The position numbers and the translations under genes were made by a program. Positions 40,291 to 48,935 of a stretch of DNA of 61,212 nt are shown piece by piece. This stretch comes from Bdellovibrionales bacterium. Lineage in GTDB: Bacteria > Bdellovibrionota_C > UBA2361 > RFPC01. The notes under the pieces are model-generated. The model had not been told where the DNA came from, searched no databases, and worked only from the letters and a program-made list of their open reading frames with translations. The stretch lies in NCBI GenBank assembly GCA_020434565.1, contig JAGRAO010000001.1, positions 1 through 61,212 of the forward strand. The letters run 5' to 3'. Each line of letters starts with the position of its first letter. Position 1 is the first letter of the stretch.

Positions 40291-41637
40291 GTGAGATCCT
40301 TCAATTCACTTCGGGGAGTATCGAGACGAAAATTTCTTAAGCTGTTAAGTCTTGGGCTTGCGTCCTACGGAATGGTTGGCCCGCGTGTCGCGAAGGCAGA
40401 TTTGAGTATCCCGGGAGGCGGGGAAACCAACGCTCCGAGGGTACTTATCATACTTGAAATGCTTGGGGGGTGTGACAATCTTGGACTCGCGCTTCCAACC
40501 GATTCGGAACGACTCTCACTGCTTCAGACAATTCGGGGAAATGCAATTTATGATTCGGAGGTAGTCAATCTTCACGGATATGGCATACCGATGGCACTTC
40601 ATCCTTCATTTGCTCCATTGTTGCCGCACTTTGATCACCTCAGAATTACGCAGAACATTGGGCATGCTACGCACACGAGCTCAAACGGCTCTCACGAAAA
40701 CATGCAGCTACGAATGGCGCTCGGAGGGGTTGGGTCGGACACGAACAATATTGGAACTGTTGGGAGAATGTACGATGCAGTGTCTGATTTGGAAGTTATC
40801 GGATTTCGTCCCTCTGAAGGGGTAAATTTCAATTGTCAGAGCGAGAAGTGCCAGATTCACAAGCCGCCAGTCTTTGATGTTTATGAGACTTTTACTCTCT
40901 CAGGTGAGTACTTCTCGAGTTCCCAAGGTGGTTCTAACAACGCAGCTCATGTAGCGAAGGTGCTTCGAGACCTATCGGACTTGCCCCCTCCTGAGGGAGC
41001 CAGCGCAAGAGAGCTTGAGTATCGTGAGAGCTTTCGAGGAGTATTTCCTGTCATCGATGAAATTCAAACCACGTTGACACAACACCAAACAGCTTTGCAT
41101 GACTCCTATCCGAGTACGAGCCTCGCAAACAAATTTCGAAATATTGCAAGTACAGTGTTACGGTGGAAACGAGAAGAGAGAACCATGCCAGCGGTTTTTG
41201 TGCTCGGAACTGGAGGATTCGATGTTCATCAGAGTTGGCAAACGAGTATGAGCAATGCCTTGTCTCCGATTGCCGATGCTCTTCGAGTTTTTTGTGACGA
41301 TATGATTGCCGAAGATCTCTTTGAAAATATCGTTGTTACAACCATGACAGAGTTTGGGAGACAACTCGCCTGGAATGGCTATGGAACAGATCACGGACGA
41401 GCCTTCCACGCCTTAACCATAGGCGGACGTATTAATGGTGGCACAAACGCAGTTTTCGGAAATACGATCTCAGCCGCGGATATCTCTTCGAACGTTTTTT
41501 GGGAGATAGAACGAGATTCGCGATCGCTCCTATCTGAGATTGTAGAAAATCATCTTCTCCTCGATCCACTTACAACAGCTTATCCAGGAGTGCTCGGTAC
41601 CCAATTCACGAGAGAGAGTTACGGCCTCTTCATCTAG
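40291..41637 (+). CDS. Tat-exported DUF1501-family (sulfatase/alkaline-phosphatase-like fold) protein
   Basis: The twin-arginine signal is SRRKFLKLLSLGLASYG...AKA. GGCDNLG and MTEFGR...NG.GTDHG are typical of DUF1501. It starts 11 nt after the DUF1800 gene. Confidence 0.8.
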   Translation: MRSFNSLRGVSRRKFLKLLSLGLASYGMVGPRVAKADLSIPGGGETNAPRVLIILEMLGGCDNLGLALPTDSERLSLLQTIRGNAIYDSEVVNLHGYGIPMALHPSFAPLLPHFDHLRITQNIGHATHTSSNGSHENMQLRMALGGVGSDTNNIGTVGRMYDAVSDLEVIGFRPSEGVNFNCQSEKCQIHKPPVFDVYETFTLSGEYFSSSQGGSNNAAHVAKVLRDLSDLPPPEGASARELEYRESFRGVFPVIDEIQTTLTQHQTALHDSYPSTSLANKFRNIASTVLRWKREERTMPAVFVLGTGGFDVHQSWQTSMSNALSPIADALRVFCDDMIAEDLFENIVVTTMTEFGRQLAWNGYGTDHGRAFHALTIGGRINGGTNAVFGNTISAADISSNVFWEIERDSRSLLSEIVENHLLLDPLTTAYPGVLGTQFTRESYGLFI

Positions 41638-41724
41638 AACTCGTTCTCTGAATCTCAGTAGTCACCCTCCCGAACCCTCTCAGAGAGAATGTTTAGAGGC
41701 GGGGAAAGGGAGCAGTGAGTGGCA

Positions 41725-42426
41725 TCACTGAAAAATTATAAAATATCCAACCGTCATAATCGCAAGGTCAGCGATAAGGTGACTTATCCACGCACCGGCA
41801 ATTGTTTGTTGACGTTCGTAGTGAATATTCCAAATGATTCCTCCCACCGCGACAGAAGCGCTGAAGAAAAGAGCCCAAGAGAGAGGAAAGTATTCCTTTA
41901 AGACCACGAGGTGATGCGAAGCAAAAGCGAGCGCTGCGAGGAGGTTGGCGAGAATTGGGTGGATGAGTTTCCGAAGCGTACCGTAGACGAACCAACGCCA
42001 GTAGTATTCTTCCAATAGGGAGTGAAAAAAAGAGAGGAAGATCGCAAATGGGATATACAGATTATAAAACCCGAGTTCCTGGGCCTTTTGTCGAATTCGC
42101 CAACCATAGCGGAAAACGGCATCACCGATCGGAGTAAAGAGTCCGAGAATCATTACAGCAGCGATAAGAGAACCAGTGATAGCGCCGGGCACAAGAGCTT
42201 CGGTATGACGTGAGTGTCTCAGCTCAAACCGCGGGATCCAGTATCGAAAAATGAGAAATGTCGCAACGAGAGGCCAGAAGAGAGTAAAGAATTTGGTGAG
42301 AAAATAGAGCGCCGTCGCAAGAGGATGCCCTGAATAGAGGTCAAAATAGAAGATAGCGGAAATACACGGCAGGGTCATCGCCGGAACAATGAGAAACCAA
42401 CTGAGCCATCGTGACGTAGAAACCAC
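41725..42426 (-). CDS. CPBP-family (CAAX/Abi) intramembrane glutamic protease
   Basis: Motif 1 is EEYYWRWFVY (EExxxR). Motif 2 is FASHH and motif 3 is SHLIADL. About 6-7 TM segments. Confidence 0.75.
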   Translation of the reverse strand: MVSTSRWLSWFLIVPAMTLPCISAIFYFDLYSGHPLATALYFLTKFFTLFWPLVATFLIFRYWIPRFELRHSRHTEALVPGAITGSLIAAVMILGLFTPIGDAVFRYGWRIRQKAQELGFYNLYIPFAIFLSFFHSLLEEYYWRWFVYGTLRKLIHPILANLLAALAFASHHLVVLKEYFPLSWALFFSASVAVGGIIWNIHYERQQTIAGAWISHLIADLAIMTVGYFIIFQ

Positions 42427-42440
42427 TTCCTCTCTCCCTA

Positions 42441-43193
42441 TCAGTCGATGAAGATCTCCGATGCGCTCGTTGCAAAGGAAAGTTCAACGAGGGTTGCCAC
42501 TGCGAGAATAAAGAAACTTACGACTATTAAAAGGAGAGCCGTTTTTGCCACACGCTTCATAGGCACAGAGCGCAACTCATATTTTCGAAGGGCTTTACTC
42601 AGAAAAACCGCTCCTAAGCCCGAGAGGCAGATGGCTATCACCTCTAGACCAAGGAATGGCAGCCAAGATCCGGCGGTTTTTGTCACTTCCCACAAACCAA
42701 CTCGGCCCGCCGCTACGGCAGTACCAAAATAGACAAGTGAAGTAGACCAATGAAAAGCATACCAGTTGAGAATGAGCAGAAGCCCTCCACCCGAAAAAAG
42801 TAAAGAGAGCAGGATGCCAGTCGTGAGTACTACAAAATTTGTGTAGTAGAGTTCCGGAAACGACGTAGAAGATTTGGGGCTCATAGTGAGTCTACCACCG
42901 CCACTGACAAAGATCTCGGCGAGTCCAAACACGACAAAGACCGTTCCAAAGAGAGTGAGAAGTTGCAGAGCGAGTTCTGAATTTGCCTTTGCGGGATGGA
43001 GCTTTTCTTTCCAAATGTAGATTCTGTTCCTTGTGAGAAGAGTATCGATAAGCGTGCGAAGCTCTAACCCACAAAGCGCCGAAGCGCCAAGCTCGGCTTT
43101 GTCAGGAAAGAGGAGATAGACGATGAGTGAGGCGATGAAAGCAGCGTACGCGCTTCGAAGTGCAATGTGAGAATACGGCAGCGGAGCAAGCAC
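42441..43193 (-). CDS. Hypothetical polytopic membrane protein (weak SpoIIM/DUF95-like impression)
   Basis: About 6 hydrophobic segments. WLPFLGLEVIAICLSG is reminiscent of the LPHG.FE.PA motif of DUF95. This is a weak call. Confidence 0.4.
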   Translation of the reverse strand: MLAPLPYSHIALRSAYAAFIASLIVYLLFPDKAELGASALCGLELRTLIDTLLTRNRIYIWKEKLHPAKANSELALQLLTLFGTVFVVFGLAEIFVSGGGRLTMSPKSSTSFPELYYTNFVVLTTGILLSLLFSGGGLLLILNWYAFHWSTSLVYFGTAVAAGRVGLWEVTKTAGSWLPFLGLEVIAICLSGLGAVFLSKALRKYELRSVPMKRVAKTALLLIVVSFFILAVATLVELSFATSASEIFID

Positions 43194-43196
43194 AAG

Positions 43197-44606
43197 CTAA
43201 GATCCTTTCGATCGCTTCTTCTTTTTAGACCAGTTAGCAATCTCTCGCTGTTCCGCTCGAGTGAGAGCAAGGGCGTCCTCTGATACTGACTTTGTAATAA
43301 CGGATCCAGCTCCTATGGTCGCACCTTTTCCGACTTCAACTGGGGCAACGAGGGAAGTATTGCTGCCGATGAAAGCACCCTCTCCTACAACGGTGCGAAA
43401 TTTTGAAGAGCCGTCGTAGTTACACGTAATTGTGCCAGCTCCAATATTGGCTTCTGCGCCAATCTCAGCATCACCTATGTAGCTCAAGTGAGAAACTTTT
43501 GATCCCTTCAAAAGAGAAGACTTTTTTACTTCAACAAAGTTTCCAATCTTGACCTCTTCAGCAAGTATAGTTTCTGGTCGAAGGTGCGCAAACGGCCCGA
43601 CAGTGCTGTGAGCACCGACAATCGAACTCTCTATTCGCACACCGAGTTTAAGTATTGTATCAGCTCCAATCGTTGAATCCTGAATGAGGGCCGTTCCCTC
43701 GATTCGGACACGTTCTCCAAGAGCTGAACTCCCAAGGATTTGCACGTTTGGACCAATAACGGTGCCAGTCCCAATTGTTACGCCGCAACTAATGTTTACT
43801 GAAGTTGGATCGCAAAAAGTCACCCCTGCCCTTTGAAATTTAGCTATTCTCTGAGAGCGCAAGATAGCGTTGACTTCAGTAAGGTCTTCGAGCGTGTTGA
43901 CACCGATACACTCTCTGAAGTCAGGTGCCAACAACGAGCAAACCCTCTGTCCCTCAGAAACCGCCTTTTCAACAATATCTGTTAAATAGTATTCCTTCTG
44001 GCTATTTTCGTTCTTCAAGCCTCGAAGCGCTGGAGCGAGGAACGATGAGTCAACAAGATAAATCCCCGTGTTGATCTCTTGAATCAGTTGCTCTTCAGCA
44101 GAGCAGTCCTTTGACTCTCGAATTGCAGCAAGCTCGCCATTTTTTCGGATAATTCTTCCATATCCATGAGGACGGGAAGTAAGGGCGGTGAGGACCGATA
44201 TCGTAGCTTTGCGCTTTTCGTGTTCCTGGGCCAAGAGAGCAAGTGTTTCAGCAGAGAGCAAAGGAACATCGCCGTAGAGAATGAGCACCGGGCCATGAGC
44301 TTTTTCAAGAATTGGTAAAGCTTGAAGAACGGCGTGCCCAGTCCCGAACTGTTGTTCTTGAACAACTGATGAGACGACAACTTGATGAGAGTTCTTCTTC
44401 TTCCAAGCTTCAACAAACGCGTCTGTCAACTCACGTTTATGTCCCGTTACGAGAGCGATAAGAGAGGGATTAAGAAAGAGGGCTGTTTTCAGCACTAGTC
44501 CGAGGAGCGGGCCTTCATCGGATTCAACCAAAACTTTCGGCATATCACTGCCCATTCGTTTGCCGCGTCCGGCAGCAAGGATCACTACGGAAAGCTTTTC
44601 AGGCAT
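43197..44606 (-). CDS. glmU: Bifunctional UDP-N-acetylglucosamine pyrophosphorylase / glucosamine-1-phosphate N-acetyltransferase
   Basis: LSVVILAAGRGKRM is present, followed by the left-handed beta-helix hexapeptide repeats in the C-terminal half. The start is set at MPEKLSVV (ATG 44606); the track ORF extends to 44723. Confidence 0.9.
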   Translation of the reverse strand: MPEKLSVVILAAGRGKRMGSDMPKVLVESDEGPLLGLVLKTALFLNPSLIALVTGHKRELTDAFVEAWKKKNSHQVVVSSVVQEQQFGTGHAVLQALPILEKAHGPVLILYGDVPLLSAETLALLAQEHEKRKATISVLTALTSRPHGYGRIIRKNGELAAIRESKDCSAEEQLIQEINTGIYLVDSSFLAPALRGLKNENSQKEYYLTDIVEKAVSEGQRVCSLLAPDFRECIGVNTLEDLTEVNAILRSQRIAKFQRAGVTFCDPTSVNISCGVTIGTGTVIGPNVQILGSSALGERVRIEGTALIQDSTIGADTILKLGVRIESSIVGAHSTVGPFAHLRPETILAEEVKIGNFVEVKKSSLLKGSKVSHLSYIGDAEIGAEANIGAGTITCNYDGSSKFRTVVGEGAFIGSNTSLVAPVEVGKGATIGAGSVITKSVSEDALALTRAEQREIANWSKKKKRSKGS

Positions 44607-45186
44607 TCTTGTCCTATCCATATTTCTCAGGAACTGATCACGGCCCCAAAATCCTTGCAACGATACTTCAGGCGATAGAAAAATTCGACCGGGCCAGAGG
44701 CTTCTTGTACTACGAAGCTCCAAGAGAGGGATTCTCCGTCGTCGGAGAAAAGGAGAGGAGCACGAAAAGTTCCCTGTCTGAGGGGCCGTGTTGACTCGGG
44801 CGACATGGCTCCCAAAGCTGTCAGAAAAATGTACTAAATCTCTAAATATTTTAGCTAATTACCCATATCTCGAGGTCCCCGGTTCTGAGACGAGAGGAAA
44901 ATCTGAAGGGCCTCTCCGGCTTTTTCGCGTCAGATTCTCACGGATTCTCTCAGAGTCTCGATATTTCTAAGGAGAGCGCGTCTCGTCATGTAGGAAGATT
45001 CTAAAAGTCTCACCAAATCGAGGCACGTTTTCTGAGGAGCGCAATAGAACGCCTTGTTGTCTCAAGGCGTAATGCCGCCACTTCTTGAAGTGGTGAAAGA
45101 GCAGATGCTCGGAGAAGAGTGGTGCGCTGAGTAGATGGGAGGAGGATCGCCTCGCCTCTTTCAGTCGGTGCGGGAGAAGGTAAGGT

Positions 45187-45798
45187 ATGGCCGCGGGGTA
45201 TTCGCAACCGCCAGAAAAAACGCTCGCTGAGCGAGCTCACGAACGTCTCGATGTTCGAAGTGAGATTTCACGTCTTGAGTCTTTGCTTGAGAAGTTACGG
45301 ATTGACTACGAACAGCATTTTCTCGGTATTCTTCCTCAAGCTCCCACTTCGCTCCATCGTGAAGTAAAGAGGCTCATTCGGGTTCTCCAGAAAGCACCAT
45401 TTAAAAACTCTCAGATGAATTATGCGCTCCGTGCCGTGGAGAGTCGCTACCAAACCTACAATAACTATTGGACCCGTGTTGAGCGACAGCGCGAGGAGGG
45501 TACGTATGTTCGTGACGTGTTTAAGGCAAATCTTCGCGAGCGAATAGCGCAGGAAGAAGCTGAGTCCCAGTCTGTTAAGGGAAAGGCAAAATCAAGCATG
45601 CATCAGCTCTTTGACAGCTACCGTGCAGCTCTTGAGAAAGAGACGGGCAAAACGCAGAGAATAGATTTTGAGCGGTTTCAAAAATCTCTGATCCAAAAGG
45701 CGAAGAGCTATCAGGAGAAAACTGGAAATAAGCGCTTTTCTTTTAAGGTCGTTGTAAAGGATGGGAAGGTTTCGGTTCAGGCCAAGGCCAAATCTTAG
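45187..45798 (+). CDS. Hypothetical helical/coiled-coil protein
   Basis: 203-aa ORF with AAGGTAAGGT just upstream of the ATG. The region FKNSQMNYALRAVESRYQTYNNYWTRVERQREEGTY looks conserved, but no family was firmly recognised. Confidence 0.5.
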   Translation: MAAGYSQPPEKTLAERAHERLDVRSEISRLESLLEKLRIDYEQHFLGILPQAPTSLHREVKRLIRVLQKAPFKNSQMNYALRAVESRYQTYNNYWTRVERQREEGTYVRDVFKANLRERIAQEEAESQSVKGKAKSSMHQLFDSYRAALEKETGKTQRIDFERFQKSLIQKAKSYQEKTGNKRFSFKVVVKDGKVSVQAKAKS

Positions 45799-46122
45799 AA
45801 TCTCCGTGAGGATCTTTCGTCGATGGATCCCCCCTGTTTGAAAGCAATTACCGCGAATCGGAAGTATTTGTGGAGATTTCCGTTTTTGGCTATACCGTTC
45901 GCGCGTGAAAATGTCAGGATGGAGTGTCGAAGGCAGATCGCTTTCGGCTACCTTTGCCGGTGGTATCGTGGTATTCCCTCAGGCTTCGCTCGTTCGATGA
46001 GACGGGGACCTGGCCTTGACGCGGCCTCGACGGTAAGCTCAGCCGAACCGAACTCCGACCCAAGGGCGGCTGTGTCAAGAGTCCTCCAGTATAATTGGTA
46101 AAAAATTTTCGGAAACCGACAT

Positions 46123-47349
46123 ATGGAAAAAATTAAAGTTCAAAATCCGATTGTCGAGCTAGATGGAGACGAGATGACACGGGTCATCTGGAAACTTATT
46201 AAAGACAAGCTCGTTCTCCCATATCTTGATCTCGATATCCGATATTTCGATCTCTCTATTCAAAACCGAGATGATACTGACGATAAGGTTACGGTTGAGG
46301 CTTCACAGGCTATCCGTGAGCACGGTGTTGGCATTAAGTGCGCAACCATTACTCCCGACGAAGCGCGCGTGGAAGAATTTGGCCTCAAGAAAATGTGGAA
46401 GTCTCCGAATGGAACGATTCGGAACATTATTGGCGGAACTGTATTTCGAGAGGCCATCATCTGTAAGAATGTTCCGAGGCTCGTTCCTGGGTGGAAAAAG
46501 CCAATCGTTATCGGTCGGCACGCGTTTGGTGATCAATATAAAGCAACAGATTTTCTTGTCCCGGGAAAGGGAAAGTTGACGATGACTTTTACGCCGGAGG
46601 GAGGTGGGCAACCAATTGAGCACACGGTGTACGAGTTCAAAGAACCCGGTGTCGCGATGGGGATGTATAATGTCGACGCTTCCATTCGCAGCTTTGCTCG
46701 CAGCTGCTTTAACTATGCTCTCGCAAAAAATTACCCGATGTACTTTTCTTCCAAGAACACGATCTTGAAGGCATATGACGGTCGTTTCCGTGATATTTTT
46801 CAGGAAGTATTTGAGGGTGAGTTTGCTGCCAAGTACAAGGAAAAGGGTCTTTGGTACGAACACCGTCTCATAGATGACATGGTAGCGTTTGCCATGAAAA
46901 CGGAAGGTGGATACGTCTGGGCGTGTAAGAACTACGATGGTGATGTGCAGTCGGATACAGTGGCTCAAGGCTTTGGTTCCCTCGGCCTCATGACCTCAGT
47001 CTTAATGACCGAAGATGGTAAGACGGTAGAAGCAGAAGCGGCGCACGGCACGGTAACGAGGCACTATCGACGATATCAGCAGGGTGAAGAAACAAGCACA
47101 AATTCAGTCGCTTCTATTTTCGCGTGGACGCGAGGGCTTCTCTATCGTGGACGTTTTGATGGCAATAGTGAATTGGTAGATTTCTGCGAAAAACTCGAAA
47201 GAGTTTGTATCGATACGGTGGAGAGCGGAAAGATGACCAAGGATCTCGCGCTTTGTGTTCACGGGAAAGATCTCCGTCGAGACCATTACCTGAGCACAGA
47301 AGAGTTTCTTGACGTCGTTGCTTCCAACTTTCTGTCCGCGCTTTCTTGA
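46123..47349 (+). CDS. icd: NADP-dependent isocitrate dehydrogenase, eukaryote-like homodimeric subfamily II
   Basis: [36 protein letters not shown] and NYDGDVQSD are present. The 408-aa length matches IDH1/2-type enzymes. Confidence 0.95.
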   Translation: MEKIKVQNPIVELDGDEMTRVIWKLIKDKLVLPYLDLDIRYFDLSIQNRDDTDDKVTVEASQAIREHGVGIKCATITPDEARVEEFGLKKMWKSPNGTIRNIIGGTVFREAIICKNVPRLVPGWKKPIVIGRHAFGDQYKATDFLVPGKGKLTMTFTPEGGGQPIEHTVYEFKEPGVAMGMYNVDASIRSFARSCFNYALAKNYPMYFSSKNTILKAYDGRFRDIFQEVFEGEFAAKYKEKGLWYEHRLIDDMVAFAMKTEGGYVWACKNYDGDVQSDTVAQGFGSLGLMTSVLMTEDGKTVEAEAAHGTVTRHYRRYQQGEETSTNSVASIFAWTRGLLYRGRFDGNSELVDFCEKLERVCIDTVESGKMTKDLALCVHGKDLRRDHYLSTEEFLDVVASNFLSALS

Positions 47350-47372
47350 GGACTCTTTTCACGAAAAAGGCG

Positions 47373-48722
47373 TCACTGCTTATCTTCCTTAACGCAGTCG
47401 TTAACAGTCTTCATTGTAAGCAGGACTTCTTTTCGAGATTTCTCCTGTGTAACATGGAGTCGCCAGGTTTTTCCGACAATGTGAGCGGGTGAACTCTCGA
47501 AGGTGGCTGGATCAATTCCAAAGCGAGTCTTAAGCCCCGTTCGTACTCCAGTGAAAAACTCTTCCGCGTCCTTTGTGGAGTCCCATCGGGTGACCCAATC
47601 GAGTCTCTCGGCATCACAATTATTTTTTCTCGACAGAGAGAGGGTGAGAAGGTCTCCTCCCCAGCCGGCCGCAGTTTGAGCAGAGACCTGCTTTTCGAGT
47701 TTTAGTGCAGCAGCAAACAATGAAATCCCAAATTCTCCCATTGTATCTCGGTAAGCAACCTCCCACTGTGCCTGATCGTAGGCGGGTATATCACTGAGAG
47801 TGACGACCGAGTATTCTTTGCCGATAATAGCAGGGTATTTTTCAGGGTGGAGAATCTCTTCTGTTGTGCGGGGAGGTGTCTGAAACGCCCTATCAAGTGC
47901 TCGGTATCCGTCCTGTTTGAGGAGATAGTGGCCGAATCGCAGCCCACTCGTGTAAGGGAATATCAACATGAGCTGTAAGGATTCAGGAACGGTACCGAGT
48001 GCGGTCATGAAAGAAGCACCGATCACATTTTGGAGCATCAGACTTTCAACACCTGTTTCCTCTTGAAGAGTTGGCTGCCCGAACAGTCTTCGGGTGTAGT
48101 CGGTCATAACGAGAGAGGCGTCTCCTTCAGTGAGAGCAGATCGAGCAAGAAGCAAATCCGTATTATCAAGATCATGATCGAGGAACGTTTCGAGATCAAA
48201 ATGCTGATCTTGAAGAGCATGAGTCAACTCGTGAACAGCGATTGTGGTTTGGAGAACTGCCGGCATCCAAGATGCCATCACGAAGTAATCTTTTTGTGGA
48301 TCGTAGTAGCCGCCAATTTGTCCTACATAGAGCTGCACCAGACCCTCTTTATAGGCATACTCCTCTGGTATGAGACCCAATAACTTATAGACGCGTTCTT
48401 CGTTGAGAAGTTTTTCCGGAGGAATTTGAGTCTCTATCGTGTCGAGGAGATACTTTTTTACTTGTTCTTTCGTATGGGCTTCGCAAGGAACAGGCTTCTT
48501 TAGCGCGAGGCCACGAATTTCACTTGCCTCACTTATGGCACTTTGAGCGATGGCACAGATATCATCGGGCTTCTCCGCCGTCGCCTCGTTACAAACGATA
48601 GCCGCGAGAAGGGAGAGGCATGCCAATTGAAGCGCTAGACGAGCAGTCACGCCTCGTCGCGCAGAACGAAGGGTTCGTTGAGTGCCAGAGGTGAAAAGGT
48701 AAAATCTCTGGTTAAAGCGCAT
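47373..48722 (-). CDS. Putative secreted zinc metallopeptidase (HExxH)
   Basis: Signal-like N-terminus LALQLACLSLLAAIVCNEATA. The motif is HELTHALQDQH, with a downstream acidic residue in TEGDA. No specific family was recognised. Confidence 0.55.
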   Translation of the reverse strand: MRFNQRFYLFTSGTQRTLRSARRGVTARLALQLACLSLLAAIVCNEATAEKPDDICAIAQSAISEASEIRGLALKKPVPCEAHTKEQVKKYLLDTIETQIPPEKLLNEERVYKLLGLIPEEYAYKEGLVQLYVGQIGGYYDPQKDYFVMASWMPAVLQTTIAVHELTHALQDQHFDLETFLDHDLDNTDLLLARSALTEGDASLVMTDYTRRLFGQPTLQEETGVESLMLQNVIGASFMTALGTVPESLQLMLIFPYTSGLRFGHYLLKQDGYRALDRAFQTPPRTTEEILHPEKYPAIIGKEYSVVTLSDIPAYDQAQWEVAYRDTMGEFGISLFAAALKLEKQVSAQTAAGWGGDLLTLSLSRKNNCDAERLDWVTRWDSTKDAEEFFTGVRTGLKTRFGIDPATFESSPAHIVGKTWRLHVTQEKSRKEVLLTMKTVNDCVKEDKQ

Positions 48723-48935
48723 GCCTCGAGTTCCTTCATATTGAGAGCGCCTCTACGTGAAGTCGCTGCTCTTTCGTTGGACGAATGGAAAATATCGCGT
48801 ACAGTTATTCCCACGCCTTCTTGGCGGGAGGAATGAGGTGTCTTCTGAGGGCTCCCTTCAGCTGATACCATACGACAGTACCGGAAGGAGAGAAACCGAA
48901 GAAGACGAGAGAGGTTTCGGACGAATCGACCAACA

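Noticed and set aside
45823-46101. 92-aa ORF upstream of icd.
   Set aside because: The Arg/Trp/Cys-rich sequence has no RBS or recognisable domain. I treat the region as non-coding.
46303-46968. 221-aa ORF antisense to icd. Similar long antisense ORFs occur in dnaA (29474-30040), glnA (11027-11518) and the GT-C gene (11758-12255).
   Set aside because: Each lies fully inside a gene with strong family motifs on the other strand. Their sequences have no recognisable features.
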